From Chlamydiota bacterium (lineage in GTDB: Bacteria > Chlamydiota > Chlamydiia > Chlamydiales > SM23-39): DNA of 54,650 nucleotides. The translations under genes were made by a program, and so were the position numbers. This document shows, one piece after another, positions 9,650 through 19,881 of the stretch. Every line of letters begins with the position of its first letter. Position 1 is the first letter of the stretch. The stretch is from the NCBI GenBank assembly GCA_016219355.1, contig JACRNF010000029.1, positions 1 through 54,650 of the forward strand, read 5' to 3'. A model generated the notes under the pieces. It made no database searches. It saw nothing but the letters and a program-made list of their open reading frames with translations, and was not told where the DNA came from.

Positions 9650-12154
9650 TTGATAGACGATAATAATAATCAAAATCCACCTGAAGAAGAGTATATTTCA
9701 ATACCTTCAAAAGAAGAGACTATTACTGATAGAAAAGATGTTACAATCGGAGCTCCTTATCCTGAGCAGCTATTTATTCTGCCGTTGAATAAACGTCCTT
9801 TTTTTCCCGGCATGGCAGCTCCCATATTGATCGAACCCGGTTCTTTTTATGAAGTTTTAAAAATTGTTGCTAAAACTACCCACAAATGTTTGGCCCTTTT
9901 TCTAACTAAAAAAGAGAACGCCAACATCTATAAGCTTAATCCCGAAGATATTCATGATGTTGGTATCGTTGCAAGAATTTTAAGAATTATTCCTCTTGAG
10001 CAAGGTGGAGCGCAAGTCGTTTTTAATATGGAAAAAAGAATTTCCATAAAAGAAATTGTAAAAGGAAAATATTTAAGCGCTAAGGTTGAGTATCATGACG
10101 ATCCTCCGCTTAGTCAATTGCCAAGAGAGTTAAAAGCTTATTCCATCAGCATTATTACAACTATCAAAGAGCTCTTAAAATTAAATCCTTTGTTTAAAGA
10201 AGAGCTGCAAATCTTTTTGAGCCACTCCGATTTTACCGAACCGGGTAGGCTCGCCGATTTTGCAGTTGCTTTGACTACCGCCACAAGAGAGGAATTGCAA
10301 GAAGTGCTGGCTGCCTTTGATCTGCAAAAGAGAATTGATAAAGCTCTCTTGATTTTGAAAAAAGAATTAGATCTTAGCAAACTGCAAACCAGCATCAATC
10401 AAAGAATCGAAGCGACCATTTCCAAAGCCCAGCGAGAATTTTTCTTAAGAGAACAGCTTAAGGCCATTAAAAAAGAGCTTGGAGTTGAAAAAGATGACAA
10501 GACAAGCGACTTGGAAAAATTTGCAGCTAGAATAAAAGATAAAAAAGTTCCTGAACATGTTTTAAAAGTCATCAAAGAAGAAACTGATAAATTAAGTGCT
10601 TTGGAGCTCCATTCTCCTGAATATGCAGTTTGCCGAAATTATTTGGATTGGCTAACAGTAGTTCCATGGGGAACCTTCAGCAAAGAATCCCACGACTTGA
10701 CCAAAGCCGAGAAAATTTTAGAAAAAGATCACTACGGCTTAAAAGATATCAAAGAACGAATTTTGGAATTTATTGGCGTTGGCAAGCTATCCGGAGGGGT
10801 TAAAGGAAGTATTATATGTTTGGTAGGGCCTCCAGGGGTTGGTAAAACTTCGGTTGGTAAAAGTATTGCCAGGGCTTTAAATCGAAATTTTTATCGCTTT
10901 TCGGTTGGCGGAATGCGCGATGAAGCTGAGATCAAAGGACATAGAAGAACCTATATTGGCGCTATGCCGGGAAAAATGATCCAAGCTTTAAAAAACACCC
11001 AAACCATGAATCCGGTCATCATGATAGATGAAGTGGACAAGATGGGGATAAGCTATCAAGGAGATCCTGCATCGGCTCTTTTGGAAGTTCTTGATCCGGA
11101 ACAAAATAAAGAATTTTCCGATCATTATCTTGATGTTGCTACTGATTTATCCAATGTCTTGTTTATTGTAACGGCGAATGTCCTGGATACCATTCCTGAG
11201 CCTTTGAAAGATAGAATGGAGATCATGCGCCTTAGCGGCTATATTCAAGCAGAGAAAATTGAAATTGCTAAAAAGTATTTGATTCCTCGCAACCGCGACA
11301 ATATGGGGCTCAAAGTTACTAATGTGATATTTACCAATGGTTCTTTGGCTAAAATTGCGGATGCCTATGCAAGAGAAGCCGGGGTTAGATCGTTGGAAAA
11401 CAATATTAAAAAGATCATGCGTAAAATTGCTTTGAAAGTTGCTAAAGAAAAAGAAAAGAAAAAAACCATACCTCAAGTGGTTATTACTGAGAATAATGTT
11501 AAAGATTATCTTGGTAAGCCCATCTTTACTAGCGATATTTATTATGAAAAAACTCCTATTGGAGTTTGTACCGGAATGGCTTGGACCGCTTTGGGCGGAA
11601 CTACGATTTACGTAGAAGCTATCAAAGCCCAAGCGGAAAAAACTGAAATGAAATTGACCGGTCAAGCGGGCGATGTTATGAAAGAGTCTTGTCAGATTGC
11701 CTGGAGTTTTGTCAACAGCAACGTTGAAAAGTTTGCCAAAGGGATACCATTTTTTGAAAAGTCTTTAGTGCACATTCATATACCTGAGGGGGCAACTCCT
11801 AAAGATGGCCCATCGGCCGGTATAACCATGGTAACTGCTTTATTTTCTTTGCTTTTGGACGTTCCTGTTACTAATAGTTTGGCGATGACGGGAGAGATTA
11901 CCCTAACCGGTAGGGTTTTACCTATTGGTGGCTTAAAAGAAAAATTGATTGCTGCCAAAAGGGCAAACATTAAAAATCTCATTTTCCCCAAAGAAAATGT
12001 GAGAGATTATGATGAGCTTGATGCATACATTAAAAAAGGATTAACAATCCATTTCGTTGAAAATTATGACGAAGTGTTTAAGATTGCTTTTCCTAAGGAA
12101 AAAATACATGAGCTTCGAAAAGTTTTATCAAAAAAAGATCATAAATCCAAGTGA
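9650..12154 (+). CDS. lon: ATP-dependent protease La
   Basis: GPPGVGKT Walker A, IDEVDK, PKDGPSAG catalytic Ser, GGLKEK. Confidence 0.98.
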   Translation: MIDDNNNQNPPEEEYISIPSKEETITDRKDVTIGAPYPEQLFILPLNKRPFFPGMAAPILIEPGSFYEVLKIVAKTTHKCLALFLTKKENANIYKLNPEDIHDVGIVARILRIIPLEQGGAQVVFNMEKRISIKEIVKGKYLSAKVEYHDDPPLSQLPRELKAYSISIITTIKELLKLNPLFKEELQIFLSHSDFTEPGRLADFAVALTTATREELQEVLAAFDLQKRIDKALLILKKELDLSKLQTSINQRIEATISKAQREFFLREQLKAIKKELGVEKDDKTSDLEKFAARIKDKKVPEHVLKVIKEETDKLSALELHSPEYAVCRNYLDWLTVVPWGTFSKESHDLTKAEKILEKDHYGLKDIKERILEFIGVGKLSGGVKGSIICLVGPPGVGKTSVGKSIARALNRNFYRFSVGGMRDEAEIKGHRRTYIGAMPGKMIQALKNTQTMNPVIMIDEVDKMGISYQGDPASALLEVLDPEQNKEFSDHYLDVATDLSNVLFIVTANVLDTIPEPLKDRMEIMRLSGYIQAEKIEIAKKYLIPRNRDNMGLKVTNVIFTNGSLAKIADAYAREAGVRSLENNIKKIMRKIALKVAKEKEKKKTIPQVVITENNVKDYLGKPIFTSDIYYEKTPIGVCTGMAWTALGGTTIYVEAIKAQAEKTEMKLTGQAGDVMKESCQIAWSFVNSNVEKFAKGIPFFEKSLVHIHIPEGATPKDGPSAGITMVTALFSLLLDVPVTNSLAMTGEITLTGRVLPIGGLKEKLIAAKRANIKNLIFPKENVRDYDELDAYIKKGLTIHFVENYDEVFKIAFPKEKIHELRKVLSKKDHKSK

Positions 12155-12599
12155 TCTGACGCAAAAAATAGAAGAACTTAAGGCGGCAAAAAAAACTATT
12201 GCCACTTTAAATGGTTCTTTTGATCTTTTGCATGCCGGACATTTGCACATTATTTATGAGGCCTCATGTCAAGCGGATGTTTTGATTGTAGCTTTAAATA
12301 CAGACGATTCGATCAAAAGATATAAAAATGTTAAAAGACCGATTATTCCTTTGGAATATCGCTTAGCAATGATGAGCGCTCTTGCCTTTGTAGATTATGT
12401 AACTTATTTTGACGAGACCGATCCCATAAAAATCTTATCAATTATAAAGCCAAACGTCCATGTCAATGGGGCCGAATATGGGGAAAATTGTATTGAAGCC
12501 GAAACGGTGAGGGCAAACGGTGGTAAAATCCATATAGTTAAGTTAAAAGAAGGGCTTTCCACATCTAAAATTTTAGAAAAGATCAAAACATGCGTATAG
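12108..12599 (+). CDS. Cytidylyltransferase-family nucleotidyltransferase, RfaE2/HldC-like (heptose-1-phosphate adenylyltransferase)
   Basis: NGSFDLLHAGH (HxGH), LNTDDS...K...RP, GLSTS motifs; ATG at 12108 has an upstream AAGGA. Confidence 0.75.
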   Translation: MSFEKFYQKKIINPSDLTQKIEELKAAKKTIATLNGSFDLLHAGHLHIIYEASCQADVLIVALNTDDSIKRYKNVKRPIIPLEYRLAMMSALAFVDYVTYFDETDPIKILSIIKPNVHVNGAEYGENCIEAETVRANGGKIHIVKLKEGLSTSKILEKIKTCV

Positions 12600-13732
12600 T
12601 TGGCAATTTTTCTAAAGAAAATCATGCGAAAAGATTTTCTGTGTTTTTAAGACATGAAGGGATCGAGAACTCAATTGAAATTCAATTCGACCCCGAAAAA
12701 AAAGTCTCTAATTATACTATTTGGGTGCTTAATGAAGATGAGCTTGAGATAGCAAAACTTTTATTAAGCGATTTTTTAGAAAATCCCGATGATGATAAAT
12801 TTAGAGTATCTTTTTCAAAAGAGCCATCACAAGAAAAAGAAGAGCCCTATGAACAACTTGAAAGGCCCCATTTTTTAAAAATAAATTATCCTTTTAAATA
12901 CACCTATTTCATCATCCTTTTATGCACATTTCTTTTTATCATCGATACTTTTCAAGCGAAATACCTTGAAAAAAAATATAACCTAAAGCAGATGATTTTG
13001 TTGACTCCACTTCAAACAGCTCTCTTATTTGATGTTACCAAGTCAAGGACTGAACTGGATAATGTGATTATTCAATATCATTTAGACTCTGAAGAAATGT
13101 TAAAAAACCCACCTCCGGACGCTCTGCATGCCCTAACAGAGGTTGATAGAATACCTGAGTGGATAGGGCTCTATGATATTTTGCTTGAAAAGATCAAAGT
13201 AAAAACGGACTTTAAAACTCTTTTTGGTGTCCCTTATTTTGAAAAAATACACCAAGGAGAATTTTGGCGGCTTTTAACACCTGTTTTTTTACATGGCGGC
13301 ATTTTACATATTTTGTTCAATATGCTTTGGGTCTTGATCTTAGGAAAGCAAATTGAGCCCAGGATCAGATTTTTAAGATATCTTTTATTGATACTTGCAA
13401 CTGCCACAATTTCTAATACAGCGCAGTATTTAATGTCAGGCCCTAATTTCGTTGGATATTCCGGAGTCATAACCGGTATGGCCGGATTTATTTGGTCTAG
13501 GCAAAAAATAGCCCCTTGGGAGGGATATCCCTTGCAAAAACCGATTATTAATTTTCTTGCGATCTTTATTTTGGCTGTTTTTGGCTTGCAGTTTGTTTCT
13601 TTTGTGTTAGAGCTTTTAAATATTCATCTTTTATCTGGTTTAATCATTGCCAATACCGCTCATATTGTTGGAGCTTTAGTTGGCATTATTCTTGGCAGAA
13701 TACCTTTTTTTGCCTGGAGGGTTGATGAGTGA
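12590..13732 (+). CDS. Rhomboid-family intramembrane serine protease (GlpG-like, with N-terminal soluble domain)
   Basis: WR motif, HILFN, catalytic GYSG and AHIVG. Confidence 0.9.
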   Translation: MRIVGNFSKENHAKRFSVFLRHEGIENSIEIQFDPEKKVSNYTIWVLNEDELEIAKLLLSDFLENPDDDKFRVSFSKEPSQEKEEPYEQLERPHFLKINYPFKYTYFIILLCTFLFIIDTFQAKYLEKKYNLKQMILLTPLQTALLFDVTKSRTELDNVIIQYHLDSEEMLKNPPPDALHALTEVDRIPEWIGLYDILLEKIKVKTDFKTLFGVPYFEKIHQGEFWRLLTPVFLHGGILHILFNMLWVLILGKQIEPRIRFLRYLLLILATATISNTAQYLMSGPNFVGYSGVITGMAGFIWSRQKIAPWEGYPLQKPIINFLAIFILAVFGLQFVSFVLELLNIHLLSGLIIANTAHIVGALVGIILGRIPFFAWRVDE

Positions 13733-14630
13733 TAAAGATGTAATAATTTTAGGCACATCTTCTCAGCAGCCAACTCGTAAAAGAAGCCATGGGGCTTATC
13801 TAATCCGTTGGAATGAAGAGGGGCTTTTATTTGATCCTGGTGAAGGGACTCAAAGGCAGTTTATTTTTGCTAATATTGCGCCTACTACTGTCACTAGGAT
13901 TTTTGTAAGTCATTTTCATGGGGACCATTGCTTAGGGCTTGGTTCCATGCTTATGAGGCTAAATTTGGACAAAGTGCCCCATCCTGTTCACTGTTATTTT
14001 CCAAGGTCGGGAAAAAAAAATTTTGACGCTCTTCGTTATGGATGTTTGTATCATCAGACCATCCAAATAGTAGAACATCCGGTTACAAACGAAGGGATCG
14101 TTGAAGAGGATCATATTTTTAAAATTGAAGCGGCTTATTTAAATCACAGTGTTGAAGCTATCGGCTGGCGTATTACTGAAAAGGATAAGATTAAATTTGA
14201 TAGTGAAAAACTCAAAAAATTAGGAGTTGCTGGCCCTAATGTCTCTATTTTAGAGAAAAAAGGATCTATTCAAATTCAAGATAAAATGATTAAATTAGAA
14301 GAGGTCAGCTGGGTAAAAAAAGGGGAGAGCGTTGCGGTTGTGATGGACACCCTTTTTTGTAAAAATGCAATAGAGATAGCTAAAAATTGTAAAGTTTTAA
14401 TTTGCGAGAGCACTTATTTAGAAGAGCATAAAGAGCTTGCCAAAGAGTATATGCATATGACCGCTAAGGAAGCTGCGATCATTGCTAAAGAAGCTAATGT
14501 TGAGCTACTAATATTAACCCATTTTTCGGCAAGGTATCAAGATTTGTCATTATTTAAAAAAGAAGCTGAGGCCATTTTCCCAAATGTCATTGCGGCCGAA
14601 GATTTACAAAGAATCCCTTTCCTCAAGTAA
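13725..14630 (+). CDS. rnz: Ribonuclease Z
   Basis: [27 protein letters not shown] motifs; ATG at 13725 follows GGAGG. Confidence 0.95.
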   Translation: MSDKDVIILGTSSQQPTRKRSHGAYLIRWNEEGLLFDPGEGTQRQFIFANIAPTTVTRIFVSHFHGDHCLGLGSMLMRLNLDKVPHPVHCYFPRSGKKNFDALRYGCLYHQTIQIVEHPVTNEGIVEEDHIFKIEAAYLNHSVEAIGWRITEKDKIKFDSEKLKKLGVAGPNVSILEKKGSIQIQDKMIKLEEVSWVKKGESVAVVMDTLFCKNAIEIAKNCKVLICESTYLEEHKELAKEYMHMTAKEAAIIAKEANVELLILTHFSARYQDLSLFKKEAEAIFPNVIAAEDLQRIPFLK

Positions 14631-14634
14631 AAAC

Positions 14635-15429
14635 ATGATAATATCATTTCATAACCACTCTTTATACAGCGACGGCAAAAATAGCATAGAAGAGATTGTT
14701 TTAATGGCTGAAAAGCTAAAAGTAGATGCTTTGGGCATATCGGATCATTTTTGTTTAACTAAAAAAGATAAATTTTATCGATGGGCGATGCTAAGAAAGC
14801 ATCTGGATGCATATATCCAAGAAATTTTAGCTTTTAAAGATCATATCAATCCCAAAGTCTATTTAGGGCTAGAAGCTGACTATGTTGAAGGGATGGAGGG
14901 AGATTTAGCAAAAATCGTTAATTCAAAGCCCTTTGATTTTTTAATCGGCTCGGTCCATCTTGTAGATGATGTCGACATTGCTGACAAAGTTGAATTTAAT
15001 GCGATCAAGTATACCAATGATCAAAAAGAGATTGGGATAAAAAAATACTGGGACAGTGTTAGAAAAATGGCAGAGTCTAAAGTATTTAATATTGTTGGAC
15101 ACATTGATCTTTACAAAAAATTTGGACTTTATCCAGATGAAGATATATCAAAGGAGATTGATTTAGCTCTTCAGGCTATTTTAAAAGCCAACATGGCAAT
15201 CGAGGTGAATACTTCAGGGTATTTTGCAGGATGTAAAGAGCAATATCCGTCTGAAGCCATTTTAAAAAAAATTAAAGAATATAATATTCCGATAATTGTA
15301 AATGCTGACTCTCATGATGCTGAGCATTTATGTCGTGGTTATGAAACGGTTTATCCTCTATTAAAAAAATTAGGGTTTTCAAAACAGGTATATTTTATCA
15401 AACGTAAAATGGTTGTTACCGATCTTTAA
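14635..15429 (+). CDS. PHP-family histidinol-phosphatase-like (HisJ) protein
   Basis: HNHS..SDG, SDH, GLEAD, GSVH, GHIDL, EVNTSG, ADSH metal-binding motifs. Confidence 0.85.
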   Translation: MIISFHNHSLYSDGKNSIEEIVLMAEKLKVDALGISDHFCLTKKDKFYRWAMLRKHLDAYIQEILAFKDHINPKVYLGLEADYVEGMEGDLAKIVNSKPFDFLIGSVHLVDDVDIADKVEFNAIKYTNDQKEIGIKKYWDSVRKMAESKVFNIVGHIDLYKKFGLYPDEDISKEIDLALQAILKANMAIEVNTSGYFAGCKEQYPSEAILKKIKEYNIPIIVNADSHDAEHLCRGYETVYPLLKKLGFSKQVYFIKRKMVVTDL

Positions 15430-15465
15430 TAGAAATAATTTAATCAATCTTAGGAGGATAATTTA

Positions 15466-15756
15466 ATGTTAGATATATCAGTAGTTTTAGAGCGTCACCC
15501 ATATTTTTTTATGGCTGGATTAACTGGAGCGTTATTTGGGTCTGATTTTTCTTCAAGACCGGACCTAAAAAGTCGAATATTAGGTCTGATCTTGAATTTT
15601 TTTTTATGGGCTAACGTGTACTATGCACTATTTGGCTCTGACTCCTATATTGAATCTTACAAAGAAATAATAAAAAAAGGTTCCAAATCTCAACAATTTA
15701 CTCAAAACGCGTTAGCTATCTTATTAGGACGGGAAATAATACCGGAGCATGCATGA
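15466..15756 (+). CDS. Small hypothetical membrane protein
   Basis: Strong SD AGGAGG upstream; two hydrophobic stretches. Confidence 0.55.
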   Translation: MLDISVVLERHPYFFMAGLTGALFGSDFSSRPDLKSRILGLILNFFLWANVYYALFGSDSYIESYKEIIKKGSKSQQFTQNALAILLGREIIPEHA

Positions 15757-15930
15757 AATTAACAATTGCTGTCGTCTAACTATAAATCTGCAATCATTTT
15801 TAAAGTTACCAAAAAAAATTTAGCCTTTTTCAAAAAAATTAAGCCTGAAAGTAGGCCTTTTAGATACAAGTTTTTCTACAAAAAGTTAATTTTTATAACA
15901 TATTTGTCCTTAGGCGGTTATGAAATTCTT

Positions 15931-15989
15931 GTATAAAATAGGTAGGTGTTTTATACTTAGGATGTATAAAAGACCAACCTGTTTCATAC
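15931..15989 (+). promoter_or_regulatory. Two tandem palindromic boxes GTATAAAA-N10-TTT(T/C)ATAC directly before the AAA+ gene
   Basis: 15931-15956 gtataaaa-taggtaggtg-ttttatac; 15964-15989 gtataaaa-gaccaacctg-tttcatac; the ATG follows immediately at 15990. Confidence 0.65.
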
Positions 15990-17339
15990 ATGGAAAGAGA
16001 ATTAAAAAAAGTATTAATTAAATGGAAAAATAGCCCTTTAAGAGCTCCTCTTATTGTCAGAGGTGCTAGGCAGGTTGGGAAAACCTATATTATTCAAGAT
16101 TTTGGAAAAAGCGAATTTAAAGATATAGTAACAATTAATTTTGAAACATCATCCACTTTTCACCGCTGCTTTGATGTAATGGACGCTGTTGCTATTATCA
16201 ACGAGATCGAACTCATTTTAAACATTCGTATTATCCCTCAGGAAACTTTGCTTTTTTTAGATGAGATCCAGCAATGTCCAAAAGCGTTGCAAGCTCTAAG
16301 ATATTTTAAGGAAAACCTACCCGATTTACATGTTATAGCAGCCGGTTCTTTATTGGAATTTGCTTTACATGATGATGACTTTTCCTTTCCGGTAGGCAGA
16401 GTGCAATTTGTTAGATTCTATCCACTCTCTTTTGAAGAATATCTACATGCTTGCAAAGAAACGTCTTTGAAAGAAAAATTATATGAATTTGATTTGAAAT
16501 CTTTGCCTCCTGCATCGTTGCATCTGCATTTAATGAACCGCATAAACGAATATTTTGTTGTTGGAGGAATGCCATCGGTAGTACTTGCGTATTTAAACAC
16601 ACGTTCATTTTTAGAAGCTAAATATGTTCAAAAAGGCCTATGGGATTCTTTTGAAAATGATTTTGGCAAATATGCCCAAAAGTTTCAGCATCGCCATCTT
16701 AAAAAGATATTTACTGAAGTTCCCAGGCTTATAGGATCTCATGTAAAATATAGCAGAATCGATCCTGATTTGCCCAATCCGGCAAGAGATATGAAACGAG
16801 CTATCGAACTTTTAAAATTGGCAGGACTATTGCATGTGATTTCAGCCTCATCAGCAGGATCGGTTCCTTTGCTTTATGGGTTAAAAGAAAATATTTTCAA
16901 AATGATATTTTTAGATATTGGGCTAGTTGAACAAGCTATGAATATTGATCCAAATTTTCCCGGATTGATGAGCGGACCATTAGCTGAACAGTTTGTCGGA
17001 CAAGAATTTTTAGCTACGTCAGATCCTTTTCTGGAAACAAAACTTTTTTTTTGGACACGTGAGCAAAGCTCGGCCGAGGTTGATTATCTGATTGAACATA
17101 AAGGGATTATTTATCCCATCGAAGTCAAATCTGGGACTTCGGGCAAACTAAAATCTTTGCAAATCTTTTTAAACGAAAAAAAAGCTCCTTTCGGAATAAA
17201 AATTTCTCAAGAGCCGCTCAATTTTTCAAAAAACATTCTTTCCGTCCCTTTTTATCTTATCGCTCATTTAAGAAGATTGATAGATTCTATTAACAGACAA
17301 AACGGCTCTTTAGATAACCTAAAAAAAATACTTATATAA
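15990..17339 (+). CDS. AAA_14 ATPase with DUF4143 / PD-(D/E)xK-like C-terminal domain
   Basis: GARQVGKT, LDEIQ, AAGS, GGMP, C-terminal EVDY...PIEVKSG. Confidence 0.9.
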   Translation: MERELKKVLIKWKNSPLRAPLIVRGARQVGKTYIIQDFGKSEFKDIVTINFETSSTFHRCFDVMDAVAIINEIELILNIRIIPQETLLFLDEIQQCPKALQALRYFKENLPDLHVIAAGSLLEFALHDDDFSFPVGRVQFVRFYPLSFEEYLHACKETSLKEKLYEFDLKSLPPASLHLHLMNRINEYFVVGGMPSVVLAYLNTRSFLEAKYVQKGLWDSFENDFGKYAQKFQHRHLKKIFTEVPRLIGSHVKYSRIDPDLPNPARDMKRAIELLKLAGLLHVISASSAGSVPLLYGLKENIFKMIFLDIGLVEQAMNIDPNFPGLMSGPLAEQFVGQEFLATSDPFLETKLFFWTREQSSAEVDYLIEHKGIIYPIEVKSGTSGKLKSLQIFLNEKKAPFGIKISQEPLNFSKNILSVPFYLIAHLRRLIDSINRQNGSLDNLKKILI

Positions 17340-18069
17340 TTTTTATTTGTCTTCTAATCTCAGATGCCGCAATAGAAAATGCGCAGGCGACATTAATAGA
17401 ATTTTTAATCCCAAGCATTGGTATTTGGAGGATATAATCAAGCTTATTTAAAACCGGATCCGAAATACCATATTCTTCATTGCCAAAAATCAGAGTAAAT
17501 TTTTCCGGAAAAATAAAATCATAAAGAGAAATAGCCTCTAAACTAGTATCAAAACCAATGAGCGGTCTTGTAAGATTTTCGATAGCAACATTGTTGTAGC
17601 AACTGACGTGTTTTGATGAGCCCATGGCAGTCTTGGTCACCTTTTCATTGTCAACAAATGGGGTTTTTTCAGAAAAGTAAATGGAGCCTATTCTTAGCGC
17701 TTCGTTGGTGCGGAGTATGCTTCCTACATTGTATGCCGAGCGAATATTGTCTAAATAAATGCAATTTTCTAAAAAAGGGGCCTTGGCCTCTTTATCTTGA
17801 GTCGTTAAGGTTGGTAAAAGATTGTGCTCTCTTAAGTTCATTTTAGCCATTTTTAAATGAAAGTGATATTGATCTGAAACCTCTTTTAGATTTTTAGGAT
17901 AAAATGGCTCAATATTCATCCAATGAAGAAATGAAAGGTATTTTTCAACTTTATCAGGGGATTCTTTTTGTTGAAGCAAATCCTCATAAATCGATTTTAA
18001 AAGCTCCAAACATTTTTTATGCTGAAGCGGGAGTTCAAAAGCAAAAAATTTTCTTTTTGTGAAGTTCAT
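17332..18069 (-). CDS. TrmH/SpoU-family RNA methyltransferase
   Basis: LDNIRSAYNVGSILR, GNEEYG, IPMLG.KNSINVA SPOUT motifs. Confidence 0.92.
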   Translation of the reverse strand: MNFTKRKFFAFELPLQHKKCLELLKSIYEDLLQQKESPDKVEKYLSFLHWMNIEPFYPKNLKEVSDQYHFHLKMAKMNLREHNLLPTLTTQDKEAKAPFLENCIYLDNIRSAYNVGSILRTNEALRIGSIYFSEKTPFVDNEKVTKTAMGSSKHVSCYNNVAIENLTRPLIGFDTSLEAISLYDFIFPEKFTLIFGNEEYGISDPVLNKLDYILQIPMLGIKNSINVACAFSIAASEIRRQIKII

Positions 18070-18072
18070 GGA

Positions 18073-19653
18073 CTATTTTTTTCTAGCAAGATATTCATCC
18101 AAATTGCCCAAAAATAAAGATAACCCCTCTTTATCAAAGGCTAGTATTTTAGTGGCAACTTTGGAAATAAGGTCTCGATCGTGCGATGCAAACACCACAG
18201 TTCCTTTAAATTCATTAAGGCCCCAAGCTAATGCCGAGACCGCTTCTAGGTCCAAGTGATTATTAGGCTCATCCAAGATCAAAGTATTAGGCTGAGTTAA
18301 CATTAAAGCAGAAATAATTAGCCTTGCGGTTTCTCCGCCGGATAAAGCAGAGACCTCTTTAAAAGCGTCGTCTCCGCCAAAGAGCATTTTTCCTAAAACC
18401 CCTCGGATGTCTTGGTCATAGCTGTCAGGCTTTTTAGTTTTTAACCAATCAAAAAGATTTGTCCCTTTCTTTTTTTCTACAAGGTCGGTGTGAATTTGGG
18501 GAAAATAACCTACTTTTACCATATGGCCTAAAGCTACAGATCCTTTATCGGGAGATATTACTTGGGCAAGTAATTTTAAGAGGGTGGATTTGCCCATACC
18601 GTTGTTGCCGATAACTGCGATTTTTTCACCCCGTAAGATGTCGCAGGAAAAATCTTGCATTATCTTTTTTTCATCGTAAGATTTGTAGCAGTTTTCAATT
18701 TTAAAAGCTATTTTGCCCGATTGCGCATCTGGTAGGATAAATCGAATGTAGGGCCTTTGAATATTGGATTTTTTTAAGTCCTGAGGCTGCAGCCTATCGA
18801 TCTCTTTTAAACGGGATTGTACTTGCGAAGCTCTTGTTCCCGCTCCAAATTTAGCTACAAATTCTCTTAGCTGGGCTATCTTTTTTTCTTTGTTCTTTAT
18901 ATCGGCCTCTGACCTTTCCCTGACGGAGGTTTTAGTAACAACCATCTCATCATAGTTGCCGGGATAGAGAATAACGGTTTCATAATCGATATCGGCAATA
19001 TGTGTGGTAATGGCATTTAAAAAGTGCCGGTCATGGCTGATAACTATGAGCGAACCGGAATAATTTTTTAAAAAAGTTTCCAGCCAGGAAATAGATTCTA
19101 AATCTAGGTTATTGGTCGGCTCATCTAATAATAGGGCTTTTGGCTTGCCGAAAAGAGCTTGGCAAAGAAGTACTCTAAATTGTCTATCCAAAGGAATAGA
19201 GCCCATTTTTTCATAATGCATGTCGCCATAAATGCCCATGCCTGAAAGAAGCTGCTCTGCTTCAGATTCAGAAGAGTAGCCATCTTCTTCAGCAATCACC
19301 TCTTCGATCTCGCCTAGCCTAATGCCGATCTCATCGGTCATTTCTTCTGTATAAAGAAGTTCTCTTTCGGATAAAGCCTCCCAAAGTTTTTTATTACCCA
19401 TGATGACGGCATCGATGACTCTAAATTCGGAAAAACTTTCAATATTTTGTTTTAGAAAACCAACCTTTTTAGGTAGGAAGACATTGCCGCTGGTTGCTTG
19501 CTCTAATCCCATCATGATTTTTAAAATGGTCGATTTTCCGCATCCATTGGGACCTGTCAAACCATATCGACATCCATCGTTAAATGTCATGGTAACATTT
19601 TCAAATAATACGCGAGATCCAAACGATTTGGATAAATTGTCTAAAGTAATCAT
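18073..19653 (-). CDS. ABC-F family ATPase (YbiT/YheS-like)
   Basis: Two ABC domains (GPNGCGKS, LDEPTN; GNNGMGKS, LSGGE, LDEPNNH), no TM segments. Confidence 0.93.
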   Translation of the reverse strand: MITLDNLSKSFGSRVLFENVTMTFNDGCRYGLTGPNGCGKSTILKIMMGLEQATSGNVFLPKKVGFLKQNIESFSEFRVIDAVIMGNKKLWEALSERELLYTEEMTDEIGIRLGEIEEVIAEEDGYSSESEAEQLLSGMGIYGDMHYEKMGSIPLDRQFRVLLCQALFGKPKALLLDEPTNNLDLESISWLETFLKNYSGSLIVISHDRHFLNAITTHIADIDYETVILYPGNYDEMVVTKTSVRERSEADIKNKEKKIAQLREFVAKFGAGTRASQVQSRLKEIDRLQPQDLKKSNIQRPYIRFILPDAQSGKIAFKIENCYKSYDEKKIMQDFSCDILRGEKIAVIGNNGMGKSTLLKLLAQVISPDKGSVALGHMVKVGYFPQIHTDLVEKKKGTNLFDWLKTKKPDSYDQDIRGVLGKMLFGGDDAFKEVSALSGGETARLIISALMLTQPNTLILDEPNNHLDLEAVSALAWGLNEFKGTVVFASHDRDLISKVATKILAFDKEGLSLFLGNLDEYLARKK

Positions 19654-19713
19654 ATTTTTAAAAAATTAAATTGTAGGTATTATAGCAAATAGACAAATGC
19701 TGCACAATGAATA

Positions 19714-19879
19714 AACCTCAGTTTTCATGTTTAATCCCTCAGAATCTGATAAGATTTTTGAGGAGTTTGGTTTCTTTTTTTTGGGGAAAATAGCCAAAGG
19801 TCCTATTTTCGAAGAAAAAAGGAATCAAAACTGCAAAAAGATTGCTGATTCTGAGGGATTAAACATGAAAGATGAGGTT
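19714..19879. mobile_element. Palindromic MITE-like element, family B (166 bp)
   Basis: ~33-bp near-perfect terminal inverted repeats aacctcagttttcatgtttaatccctcagaatc / gattctgagggattaaacatgaaagatgaggtt; inner stem gaaaatag/ctattttc; homologous copy at 1-55. Confidence 0.8.
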
Positions 19880-19881
19880 AT

